Below, piece after piece: positions 54,540-63,318 of a DNA stretch of 64,000 nucleotides. Made by a program: the position numbers and the translations under genes. Source of the stretch: a virus; IMG/VR virus record IMGVR_UViG_3300020180_000015, positions 1 to 64,000 of that record; one strand, written 5' to 3'. Numbering within the stretch: position 1 is the stretch's first letter; each line of letters opens with the position of its first letter. The notes beneath the pieces were generated by a model that did no database searches, was not told where the DNA came from, and worked only from the letters and a program-made list of their open reading frames with translations.

Positions 54540-55691
54540 ATGCTGACCTATGCTACGCTGCAGACATTTGCCAAAGTCAAAGGGATCAGCCTCGATCTAT
54601 TATCTGACGAGGATGGCAGAATGCTGCGGGAATACCTGCGGCGTGGCACACGCGAGATTGATCGGATCACGCGGCGGCGATTCTTTCCGTTTCACATGAC
54701 TCGCCGTTACAGCATCCCGATGACTTATGCCGATCTACGTAACCGCGCACTGATCCACGAGGACTTACAACTCGACGCCGATCTCATGGAAGTCGTCCGG
54801 GTACAGGTGGGTACTGGCACCGTGATCGACTCCGGCGAGGATGTGCCGCTCGGCGGACTGACGGCGATTGCGACGACCTTCACTGCAACTGATGCCGATG
54901 GGCTTGACGATCAGAACATTGATCGCTTTGCCGTCGGGGTCGTACTGCAGATCAAGAACGAGCAATGCGTTATCCGCGCACGGGATACTGGTACCAACGT
55001 CGTCACCTTAGAGCGCGGCGCATTCGGCACAATAGCCGCAGCCCACGCCGCCGGAGTGCAAATCTCCAAGAATGTCCTGACGACACTCGAACCGGGGATC
55101 GACTTTCATCTGCTCGACTTCAACATCAACCCGAAGTTTGCTATCCGGCTTGTGTTTCCGAACACGTGGGCGGGTCGCTATACAGGCGTGGCGTGGAGGT
55201 CGCGTTATCCTCAAATCTATGTCACAGGCTTTTGGGGGTTTCACGATCAGATGCAGGAGGCGTGGGTCAATACCAACGACCCCATTCCTTCGGGCGGGAT
55301 TACTGCCGTTGCGACGACATGGAATGCCCTCGCGGTGGATGGCACGGACGCCGCGAATGAGCTTCGCTTCCTTGTGGATCACCTGTACCGCGTCGAGAAT
55401 GAATTGATGTGGTTGACGGCTGCCGACGATAACACTGGCGCGTTGACGGTGCTACGCGGGCAGCATGGCACACTCGTTGCCGCGCACGCCGCCGGAACAC
55501 CAGTCTATCGATTCGCCGTGTTGGAGGATATTCGGAAGTCGTGCTTCAATATCGCCAAGACGCTACGGGACTCTGACGACAGCGTTGGCGGGCGTCAGGG
55601 CGTGACCGAAGTGAGCGTTGGGGTGAAGATCACCTATGCCGCCGATGTTGCCGAAACATTGAAGCATTACATCCGGTCGTATATCGCTTGA
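54540..55691 (+). CDS. Head-tail adaptor with two inserted beta domains
   Basis: YATL..F, TREIDRITRRRF, VTGFWG, C-terminal V.ETLKHY. Confidence 0.65.
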   Translation: MLTYATLQTFAKVKGISLDLLSDEDGRMLREYLRRGTREIDRITRRRFFPFHMTRRYSIPMTYADLRNRALIHEDLQLDADLMEVVRVQVGTGTVIDSGEDVPLGGLTAIATTFTATDADGLDDQNIDRFAVGVVLQIKNEQCVIRARDTGTNVVTLERGAFGTIAAAHAAGVQISKNVLTTLEPGIDFHLLDFNINPKFAIRLVFPNTWAGRYTGVAWRSRYPQIYVTGFWGFHDQMQEAWVNTNDPIPSGGITAVATTWNALAVDGTDAANELRFLVDHLYRVENELMWLTAADDNTGALTVLRGQHGTLVAAHAAGTPVYRFAVLEDIRKSCFNIAKTLRDSDDSVGGRQGVTEVSVGVKITYAADVAETLKHYIRSYIA

Positions 55692-55814
55692 CTTCCATAA
55701 TCTTTTGAGTTAAGATGGCGTTAGATTGAGTGCATAATTCCCCGCGTTGCGGGGGGGGGTGGTGGTTGGAAATGAACAGACGGCAAAAAGTGGTAATCAA
55801 AGCGGCGGTCAAGC
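55685..55814 (+). repeat. Cassette head: promoter plus leader plus N-terminal tag (copies at 56185 and 58497)
   Basis: CGCTTGACTTCCATAATCTTTTGAGTTAAGAT...ATGAACAGnCGGCAAAAAGTGGTAATCAAAGCGGCG, near-identical x3. Confidence 0.92.
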
Positions 55815-56134
55815 GGGGCGTAGCAAGAAGGTTAACTGATCCAGCAGTACGCTCGACACTAGTCGCTTTTATAACAAGAATTAGATCGTCGCTCCGACGT
55901 GGGTACGTGAATAGCGATGATTCAGAGGGGCTATACCTTTACATTATCAAACAAGGAGATGATACACCCGAATTAGGTAGGATCTGGAGAGCGGCGTGGC
56001 GTATCCGTCTAATTGTCGCCGGCTCTCCGAGCGAGGGTCAAATGAAGGAAATTAATGCCAAGTCGAAGGCGGTGATCGAGGCTTGGATGCGGACGTTGTT
56101 AGAGCATCTTCGCTCTACCAATATTCCTTCTTGA
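55772..56134 (+). CDS. Tagged cassette protein 1
   Basis: MNRRQKVVIKAAVKRGV... Confidence 0.7.
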   Translation: MNRRQKVVIKAAVKRGVARRLTDPAVRSTLVAFITRIRSSLRRGYVNSDDSEGLYLYIIKQGDDTPELGRIWRAAWRIRLIVAGSPSEGQMKEINAKSKAVIEAWMRTLLEHLRSTNIPS

Positions 56135-56268
56135 TGCGCCGCAGCGGATTACGGACATGGCTTATGACTCATCGTCGCTGATCCGCTTGACTTCCATAAT
56201 CTTTTGAGTTAAGATGGCGTTGGATTGAGTGTATAATTCCCCGCGTTGCGGGGGGGAAGTGGTTGGAA

Positions 56269-56613
56269 ATGAACAGACGGCAAAAAGTGGTAATCAAAGC
56301 GGCGATCAAATTGGGCGTAGAAAAAAGGTTAACTGATCCAGCAGTACGGTCAAGAATAGCCGCTTTTATAACAAGAATTAGATCATCACTTCAACGTGGT
56401 TACGTGAACAGCCAAGATTCAAATGGGTTGTTCGACTACGTTACCGCGCAAGCAGAAAATATTCCCGGAATGCGTGCGAGTTGGAAACCGGTGACACGTA
56501 TTCAGCGAATTGTCGACGATCTTCCGGGTGATGGGCAGATGAAGGAGATTGATGCCGAGTCGAAGGCGGGCATAGAAGTTGGGCTACGGGTGTTGTTAGA
56601 GTATCTTCGATAA
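56269..56613 (+). CDS. Tagged cassette protein 2 (diverged paralog of cassette 1)
   Basis: MNRRQKVVIKAAIKLGV... Confidence 0.7.
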   Translation: MNRRQKVVIKAAIKLGVEKRLTDPAVRSRIAAFITRIRSSLQRGYVNSQDSNGLFDYVTAQAENIPGMRASWKPVTRIQRIVDDLPGDGQMKEIDAESKAGIEVGLRVLLEYLR

Positions 56614-56616
56614 CCA

Positions 56617-57123
56617 ATGTTACTTCTTGATGCGCCGCAGCGGATTGCGGATATGGCTTATGACTCATCGTCGCTGATCCGCTTCACGGCGCACCTGCGG
56701 CAGTCGTCTCTCGACAGCCTCAAGCGTCCGGCGGTACTGGTGGAGGCGAATGATGCCGAGTATCCGCCGACTGCGGCGGGGATCGAGAAACCGACTGAGA
56801 CGTTTATCCTGTCGGTTGTCGGACAGAAATACGGCGTGGGTGCGCCGGGGGCAGCCGAACTCGAACTCCGGCAGGTCGCGCACGATTTGGCGGTGTACTT
56901 TTGGCGGCGGTCTCAGCTTCAATTCAGCAATCTGCGCGGCGCAAAGTCGAGCGAACTGCCGCCACTCACCGGAGTGGAGTCGAGCCGCCTAAGCCGCCGA
57001 TCCTTTGTGACAACGGTCACACGAGGAGAGGACGGGGAGGGATCGTTTTGGGGGACAGAATTCACGCTCACGCTCACGCTGGCTGCGCGTGCGCTTGAAG
57101 TACTTGTGCCGAATAGGGGGTGA
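56617..57123 (+). CDS. Putative tail terminator / tail completion protein
   Basis: RPAVLVE motif, size and position upstream of the major tail protein. Confidence 0.5.
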   Translation: MLLLDAPQRIADMAYDSSSLIRFTAHLRQSSLDSLKRPAVLVEANDAEYPPTAAGIEKPTETFILSVVGQKYGVGAPGAAELELRQVAHDLAVYFWRRSQLQFSNLRGAKSSELPPLTGVESSRLSRRSFVTTVTRGEDGEGSFWGTEFTLTLTLAARALEVLVPNRG

Positions 57124-57299
57124 AATCAAATTCGTCAAATTGTCGAATTTGGGGGGGGCGGCATGAAACAGGTCAAGTTTGTCCTTATCCGCATTGCCGA
57201 CTGGATCGACGATAAGGTACGCAGTCGGCGTACCTTGTTTCCTATCGCAATCTAATTCATACTGTGATCATATCATCTAATCGTCCGCACGATATGTCC

Positions 57300-57337
57300 C
57301 GGCGCACCAGAGAAGTTCTCTGGTGCGCCGTTTTTTT
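57300..57337 (+). terminator. Intrinsic terminator before major tail gene
   Basis: CGGCGCACCAGAGA-agt-TCTCTGGTGCGCCG-TTTTTTT. Confidence 0.8.
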
Positions 57338-57354
57338 GGGGAAAGGGAACAACA

Positions 57355-58242
57355 ATGGCACAAATTGAAAGTGGTGGGCAGCACGGCTTGTATAAGATCG
57401 TCGCCCAACTCGTCGGCAGCGACGGCGTGAGCTATGGGGTTGCGGGCAGCGGCATTGCCGCCGGATCGACCAGTAACGCTTACGTGCTGGATCATCCGGT
57501 GAATGCGAATATCACCCTGCCGGACGGGGCGACGATAGATTTCACCGCGTCCGACCAATGGGTCACATCGTACCAGTATGGTCCCAGTTCGATGGGATCA
57601 TTCGACTTCGAGTTAGAAAATCTTGACTCGAATTTCATCGCACTCTGCACAGGAACACTGTCAGATCAGACAACGAATGCGCTCTGGACTGAATACACAC
57701 ATAATGCCCACGCCGGCAATTTCCCGCAGATCAGTCTGATGTTCATTTATCGCATCCAGTCGTTTGAAGCGGCGACATTCGGCGCGACCAAGTACCTGCA
57801 CACGATCTACCCGCGCAATTGGGTGCGCCCGAAGAAAAACGCGCAGCAGTATCAGCAAAAATCGACATCGCCGTATCAGGTGACTCCGGCGGGCGGCGCT
57901 CGGCATATCAACGGTCACTTGTTCGGCACGAACTTAGCGTCGACGGATAACCGGGTGGTGAGTTACAACATCATCACCGACAACCCGCTGCACATGGCGG
58001 TCTGTCATGTTGATGGCTCACCCGAAAGCATTATCACGGCGTATCAGCCTGTGAGCAGCGCAGTCGGCACATCGTCGAGTACCCGCAATCAACTCGTCAA
58101 GTGGATATCGCCGACGGCGACGCTCGGCGTGGCGGATACGATCACGACAGCCACTGGAACGTTTGCAGTCGGCACGGCGCTCACCGTCGCATCCGGCAAC
58201 ATCGTAACCGTGCTGTACGAAACAGCCTACGTGCCAGTGTAG
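57355..58242 (+). CDS. Major tail (tube) protein
   Basis: 295 aa, Gly/Thr/Ser-rich, upstream of chaperones and tape measure. Confidence 0.65.
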   Translation: MAQIESGGQHGLYKIVAQLVGSDGVSYGVAGSGIAAGSTSNAYVLDHPVNANITLPDGATIDFTASDQWVTSYQYGPSSMGSFDFELENLDSNFIALCTGTLSDQTTNALWTEYTHNAHAGNFPQISLMFIYRIQSFEAATFGATKYLHTIYPRNWVRPKKNAQQYQQKSTSPYQVTPAGGARHINGHLFGTNLASTDNRVVSYNIITDNPLHMAVCHVDGSPESIITAYQPVSSAVGTSSSTRNQLVKWISPTATLGVADTITTATGTFAVGTALTVASGNIVTVLYETAYVPV

Positions 58243-58248
58243 CCGCCG

Positions 58249-58503
58249 ATGGACGAGCGATTAGGGCAGCGAAATGAAACAGGGGCGGTGATCCAGTATC
58301 CCGCCCTGTACGCCAACGGTGCGCCGTTCACGCCGCGCACGGGCATCACAACGGTAAAGGTGGGGCGGGGCTATTTTTACGCGCTGCAACCCGGCATTGC
58401 GGTCGCGCCGAACCACGCCGAACTGGGCGCGCTGGCTGCGCCGCCGCCGGAAGTGGACACCGATGAGGACGGGGATTATCCAGTCGCCGCCGAAATCGCT
58501 TGA
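58249..58503 (+). CDS. Hypothetical protein
   Basis: Operon order; its stop overlaps the cassette promoter. Confidence 0.5.
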   Translation: MDERLGQRNETGAVIQYPALYANGAPFTPRTGITTVKVGRGYFYALQPGIAVAPNHAELGALAAPPPEVDTDEDGDYPVAAEIA

Positions 58504-58579
58504 CTTCCATAATCTTTTGAGTTAAGATAGCGTTAGATTGAGTGCATAATTCCCCGCGTTGCGGGGGGGGTGGTTGGAA

Positions 58580-59026
58580 ATGAACAGTCGGCAAAAAGTG
58601 GTAATCAAAGCGGCGATCAAGCGGGGCGTGCCGCGCACGAAAGACATCACCAGCGGAATACAAGAGGGCGTCGGCTCGTTGATGAGACAGGTTAGTCGCG
58701 CATCCGAACAGGGCGGTAATCCTAATTCCCCGGCGACAGATGTTTACAACGCTGCCGATCTCTACAAATTGGCGCAGGGATCGCGGTCATTACTCATGCG
58801 AGTACAGAACCTCCCCGATGGGTTTCTCAAGGACAAGGTAGGCGGCTCTTTAAACAGAGCAAACGCCGGTTTGAATAAGCTGAGTGCCAAGCTCGGACAG
58901 CGAACTGCGGGCGAGGCGAGATGGCAGTTACAAAGTATCAGCTTGACTCTTGAGGATGCCGATAAATGGCTGGCTAATCACCGCGTTATAATTGAACGGC
59001 GGCGGCTAACCAATGTTACTTCTTGA
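58580..59026 (+). CDS. Tagged cassette protein 3 (unrelated cargo)
   Basis: MNSRQKVVIKAAIKRGV followed by non-homologous helical body. Confidence 0.7.
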   Translation: MNSRQKVVIKAAIKRGVPRTKDITSGIQEGVGSLMRQVSRASEQGGNPNSPATDVYNAADLYKLAQGSRSLLMRVQNLPDGFLKDKVGGSLNRANAGLNKLSAKLGQRTAGEARWQLQSISLTLEDADKWLANHRVIIERRRLTNVTS

Positions 59027-59040
59027 TGCGCCGCTAACCC

Positions 59041-59067
59041 AACACCCCGCACGGGGTGTTTTTTGTT
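59041..59067 (+). terminator. Intrinsic terminator after cassette 3
   Basis: AACACCCCG-ca-CGGGGTGTT-TTTTGTT. Confidence 0.7.
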
Positions 59068-59141
59068 CCCCAGCGTGTCTTGCTGCGAGTGCCGCGTTGC
59101 GTAGACTGTAGGTATATTCAGCGTACAGGAGAAAACGGAAC

Positions 59142-59369
59142 ATGGTTCGCGTACCCGATGAAGACCTGATCCCTACCACACCCGATGACGAAGATACCCG
59201 TGATCCAGAAGCGCCGCCTGTCGAGGATCGAATCGGCATTACGGTGACGCTGGATGATGACCCTGATTTTGACGACGCCGCCGGATTCGAGGTGTCCTCC
59301 GGTTGGGTGACTACCCGTGAGCCGATGCGCGACCCTATGGTGACCGAATTTGATGGCGTGCCGTTCTAA
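59142..59369 (+). CDS. Small acidic protein
   Basis: AGGAG RBS; CGTGYC promoter 59074-59107. Confidence 0.55.
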   Translation: MVRVPDEDLIPTTPDDEDTRDPEAPPVEDRIGITVTLDDDPDFDDAAGFEVSSGWVTTREPMRDPMVTEFDGVPF

Positions 59370-59452
59370 GTATCGGCGTGTCTGTTCAGTCACTTAGCAT
59401 CCTGCTACATTGTAAGCAGGATGTTTTTTGTTTACGGGGGGGGGCAGAGACA

Positions 59453-59965
59453 ATGGTAGGTACGAATCGGGTTTCATTCCTATACGACATGATCAGCGCA
59501 GATGTTTTCCGCAGCCGAACATATTCGCTCGACGAGCGAGTCCTAGTAACCGAGGCGGCGATCACTGCCATCGTCGGCAAAGAGGACGGCTACCACTACG
59601 CGCTGTCCGAATGCGTCACTTACACGAAGGATTTAACCTTCGCGTGGATCGACGGCGTCCCCGACGAGTTCCGGGCATTTGAAGAGTTCTGGGCGCTGTA
59701 CAAACGCGGCGTCGCAGTTGACGTGTGGTTTCCCTTCTACGCGGAGCAGGTCGACAACATCGTATTGATCGGGCAGCGCGAACAAACCCGCATCGAACCG
59801 ACAGTTCCCGGCGACGAGCAGTCCGCAGTCAGTCATTCTTCTTTGCCGCGTGTGATGGGATGGCACGGCGCACTTGCCGCCGGGATGAAAACGTGGTCGC
59901 CGCCGACAGCGTGGAAGCTGTTTAGCGAACTGCCGGAGGATCAGCGCAGAGACCCTTTGGAATAA
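59453..59965 (+). CDS. Tail assembly chaperone (gpG-like)
   Basis: Upstream of TMP; ends with slippery CCCTTTG. Confidence 0.65.
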   Translation: MVGTNRVSFLYDMISADVFRSRTYSLDERVLVTEAAITAIVGKEDGYHYALSECVTYTKDLTFAWIDGVPDEFRAFEEFWALYKRGVAVDVWFPFYAEQVDNIVLIGQREQTRIEPTVPGDEQSAVSHSSLPRVMGWHGALAAGMKTWSPPTAWKLFSELPEDQRRDPLE

Positions 59966-60279
59966 AGGAGCATTGGCGAGTCCGGTTCGAATTCGTGGAC
60001 TTGATCCGCCGCTCCGTCGTACAGAAAGATAACGGCAGGGTATTCGGCATCGGCAGCGACTGGAGACCAGACAGCCCACCCGCCAAGGCATATAAGGCGT
60101 GGGCAATCTGGCGATCTTCGGGGAAAACGCGCTACCCCACCCCGGAGGAGGTCGATGCGTTGCCCGACGACTGGATCAGTGATATTCACTTGATCGAGCA
60201 GATCGCCGAGTGGATCGGCAATAATTCGGCGCAGATGCAGTCGTTCAATAATGATGCAAACAAAAATCCCGCCGAGTAA
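59953..60279 (+). CDS. -1 frameshift extension of tail chaperone (gpGT-like)
   Basis: C CCT TTG at 59953-59959; -1 frame is open and continuous with ORF 59995-60279. Confidence 0.65.
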   Translation, partial: PFGIKEHWRVRFEFVDLIRRSVVQKDNGRVFGIGSDWRPDSPPAKAYKAWAIWRSSGKTRYPTPEEVDALPDDWISDIHLIEQIAEWIGNNSAQMQSFNNDANKNPAE

Positions 60280-60325
60280 CGCCGCATCGGATTCCATGTT
60301 ACACTTTACCGAAAAAGGGTGTAGC

Positions 60326-60667
60326 ATGGATGCAGAGACAAAAGACCAGTTGTCGGCAGCAAAACTCCTGATTGCTCGTAAAGACTACCGCAAAGCGCGT
60401 CTCGTTCTTGAGGATGTCGATGATCCCATTGCCGACAAGTGGCTCGACAAACTAGACCTGATCGCGCCGGAACGCCGCTCGATCTTCCTCGGTTGGACTC
60501 CGGCGTTCACCGCGTTCGTGATCGGCATGATCATCGTGGCGGTTATTGTTGCCGTCGTCGCACTCAACACTGCGACTGCTGGTAGTCGTGCGATCCGAGA
60601 GAACGCCTGTAGTGATCGCTATGATCGATACTCCGCCGAATGGCAAAACTGCACACGTGGGTACTAG
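60326..60667 (+). CDS. Single-pass membrane moron protein
   Basis: TM segment AFTAFVIGMIIVAVIVAVVAL; C-terminal Cys pair. Confidence 0.65.
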   Translation: MDAETKDQLSAAKLLIARKDYRKARLVLEDVDDPIADKWLDKLDLIAPERRSIFLGWTPAFTAFVIGMIIVAVIVAVVALNTATAGSRAIRENACSDRYDRYSAEWQNCTRGY

Positions 60668-60720
60668 TACCGTGTCTGTTTTTTAAATCCTAAATCGAAT
60701 AAGCTATAAATGTCTACGCG

Positions 60721-60758
60721 ACAGCCCCGACACGAAATATCGTGTCGGGGCTGTTTTT
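60721..60758 (+). terminator. Intrinsic terminator before tape measure gene
   Basis: ACAGCCCCGACACGA-aata-TCGTGTCGGGGCTGT-TTTT. Confidence 0.8.
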
Positions 60759-60774
60759 ATTTGGAGATCATGAC

Positions 60775-63318
60775 TTGAGCGGCGTTTCGGTTTGGGAACT
60801 CAAAGCGACAGGTGGCGAGGCTACCGCAAAGACTCTTTCCGGGATCGGAAAAGAGTTAGTTGGCGTTTCCAAAGTCACCGCCAACCTCAAGAAAGGTGGC
60901 GGTGTTTCTGCGGCGCTTGGCGACGCCAAGAACATGTCGGCAGCGAAAAAACTCCAGTCGCAATTGACAGCCGAGATCACAAAGCAGAAACAAGCCTACG
61001 CCGAGCTTCAAAAATCAATTGACGCTTCCGACAACATAAAAACATGGCGTCAATTAAAGGTTGAGGCGTCGGATGCCCGTGACGGCATCACTTCTCTCGA
61101 AAAAGAACTCGAAACTGTTCAAAAGCGTCTACGCGGCATCCGCGTTGACTCGGAAGATGCATTTGACAATTTCGGCGGCGGCAGCGCGGGGATGGCATTC
61201 ACGTCCGGCGCGAGAACCATCGGGCAGGCAGTCGGCGGATCATCCTTCGATGGTGCTGGCGCCAAGATCGCAGCATCGGCGAATAGCGTCGCCGAGTTTG
61301 CCGATAACGCCAGTCAGTTAAAAGAAACACTCCAGTCCCTCGCCCCGGTTGTTACTGAAACTGTAGCTTCTTTCCGACCCCTCGGCACTGGCTTAAAAGG
61401 CGTTTTTGACGGTTTGAAGGCTGGCACGGCGGGACTCGCAGCATCGCTAACAGTTGTCGGCGTGGCGGCGGTTGGTATCACCATCGCGCTCGTCGCCGTC
61501 AGTAAGATTTTTGAAGCGCTACAGGCATCCACTGATCGTGCGCGGGTAGCAACAGAGCAATACATCGAAGCCAGCCGCACGGCAATGGAACTTGACCTCC
61601 AGATTAATGCGTTGATCGCAGCGGGCGATGCCGAGTCATTGAGGCAGCAGATCGCCGAGCAAACGGCGCAAAGGGCGGGCTTTCAGGCTTTAATCGATGA
61701 CTACAATGTAATAATTGGAATGATCGATCAAGCATATGCGAATTCCAGTAATTGGACTGATCGTAATGAACTCGCCGAGTCCGGCAGGTTGATACGCGAA
61801 GATCTCGCTGCGACAGAGCAGCAATTCCGTGCAGTCTCCGCAACATTAAACACGCTTCAGTTTTCGTACCCCAATGCACAGCGTGCCGAGATAGCACGCG
61901 CTGCGGCGGAGCGGGTCACGGACGCTGAATCGGAGTTAACGCAGACTCGGTTGCAAGCACGCGACTCGACGATCCAGTTTGCCAAGTCGCTGCAAGAATT
62001 CACCGAGAACGTTACCTACGAGCGCGGCAAACTTCTCGCCGAACGTGAACGAGAGGACACGCGCTCCACGCGCGATCATCTGCGCGATCTTGCGCGACTC
62101 AACAGCGATGGCGCAAAAGCCATCGCTGGGATCAACCGCGAGTACTGGAAGTCACTCGCCGGAATCGCAAAGGAAGAACTAAAAGCCCAAGCTAACGCGC
62201 TTAAAGAGTTCGGCAAGTCAAACATCAAGATCGAGTTCGACTACAATCGTTCGGTTGTCCGCGCATACGAACAGCGGAACAAGAACCTCGCCAAAGAGCA
62301 AAGACGCGCTGACAAGGAGGCGCTGCGGCAAAAGGAAGACCTCAACGATACGCTCTTCGATGCCGAACTCGACAACAACGTCATCTCCTTCCTACAAGCG
62401 AAGCGGGACGCCGACAAGCAAGCGAAGCGGGACGCTGAGGACAAAGCTGAATCGGCGGCGGAGGAGCGCGAGGCATTCCAAGAGAACCTCGACGATCTGC
62501 GGACTCAGCGCGATGAGGCACGCGCCGACCTACTTACATCGTTTCGAGAGGAAGCGGCGGATCGGCGTGAAGCACTGACGGAGCGTCTCGGCGAGGAACG
62601 CGAAAGCTACATGGCGCGGCTCACCGAGCAACGACAGTCGAACTCCGAAGCACGCGCCGAAGCACGGGCGGCATACACGTCACAGCGTGCCGACCTGATC
62701 GAGCAACGGCAGTGGGAAGATGTCCAAACCGCCGAGGCGAATCGGCGGCAGCTTGAGCAAATGACCAGCGCACACGAGGAGCAGCTTGCCGAACTCGGCG
62801 CACGAGAAGCCAATCTACTGCGCGTCATTGAAACAGGCGGCGAATGGCAGATCGCCGAAATCACCTACCAGCAACTGGAAATGGTCGAGGTGTATCGGCG
62901 CGGCGGCATGTTGGCGGCGGCGGCGGCACGCGATGCACTCGCTGGTAGTCGTGGCACACTGCCGCGCACGGGCGCAGGTAGCGGCGGGATGCGCGGCAGA
63001 CGGGGGGATGAGATTGCGTTCCCCGGTCGCCCCGGTGTATTTGCCGACAGCGGCGGCGTGTTCAATCGTCCTACGTTCGCGCTACTGGGGGAGCGCCGTC
63101 CTGAAGCCGTGATCCCATTATCGCCGTCGGGCGGGTTGGCGAACGACGTGATGCGGTTGCTCGGCGGGGTAGGGCAGCGCATGTCTTTTGATTTCAGCGG
63201 CATGTCCATTGGCAGCGGCGTCTCAGAAGAGACGATTAAATACAACCTTCAGCTATTGGCACACACGATAGTTAAAGCGATCAGTGACTCCCGGCAGGGT
63301 GTGCCGTTCAAATACTAA
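60775..63318 (+). CDS. Tail tape measure protein
   Basis: Long coiled-coil Ala-rich protein with a hydrophobic segment; C-terminal FADSGGVFNRPTFALLGERRPEAVIPL; TTG start with GGAG RBS. Confidence 0.85.
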   Translation: MSGVSVWELKATGGEATAKTLSGIGKELVGVSKVTANLKKGGGVSAALGDAKNMSAAKKLQSQLTAEITKQKQAYAELQKSIDASDNIKTWRQLKVEASDARDGITSLEKELETVQKRLRGIRVDSEDAFDNFGGGSAGMAFTSGARTIGQAVGGSSFDGAGAKIAASANSVAEFADNASQLKETLQSLAPVVTETVASFRPLGTGLKGVFDGLKAGTAGLAASLTVVGVAAVGITIALVAVSKIFEALQASTDRARVATEQYIEASRTAMELDLQINALIAAGDAESLRQQIAEQTAQRAGFQALIDDYNVIIGMIDQAYANSSNWTDRNELAESGRLIREDLAATEQQFRAVSATLNTLQFSYPNAQRAEIARAAAERVTDAESELTQTRLQARDSTIQFAKSLQEFTENVTYERGKLLAEREREDTRSTRDHLRDLARLNSDGAKAIAGINREYWKSLAGIAKEELKAQANALKEFGKSNIKIEFDYNRSVVRAYEQRNKNLAKEQRRADKEALRQKEDLNDTLFDAELDNNVISFLQAKRDADKQAKRDAEDKAESAAEEREAFQENLDDLRTQRDEARADLLTSFREEAADRREALTERLGEERESYMARLTEQRQSNSEARAEARAAYTSQRADLIEQRQWEDVQTAEANRRQLEQMTSAHEEQLAELGAREANLLRVIETGGEWQIAEITYQQLEMVEVYRRGGMLAAAAARDALAGSRGTLPRTGAGSGGMRGRRGDEIAFPGRPGVFADSGGVFNRPTFALLGERRPEAVIPLSPSGGLANDVMRLLGGVGQRMSFDFSGMSIGSGVSEETIKYNLQLLAHTIVKAISDSRQGVPFKY

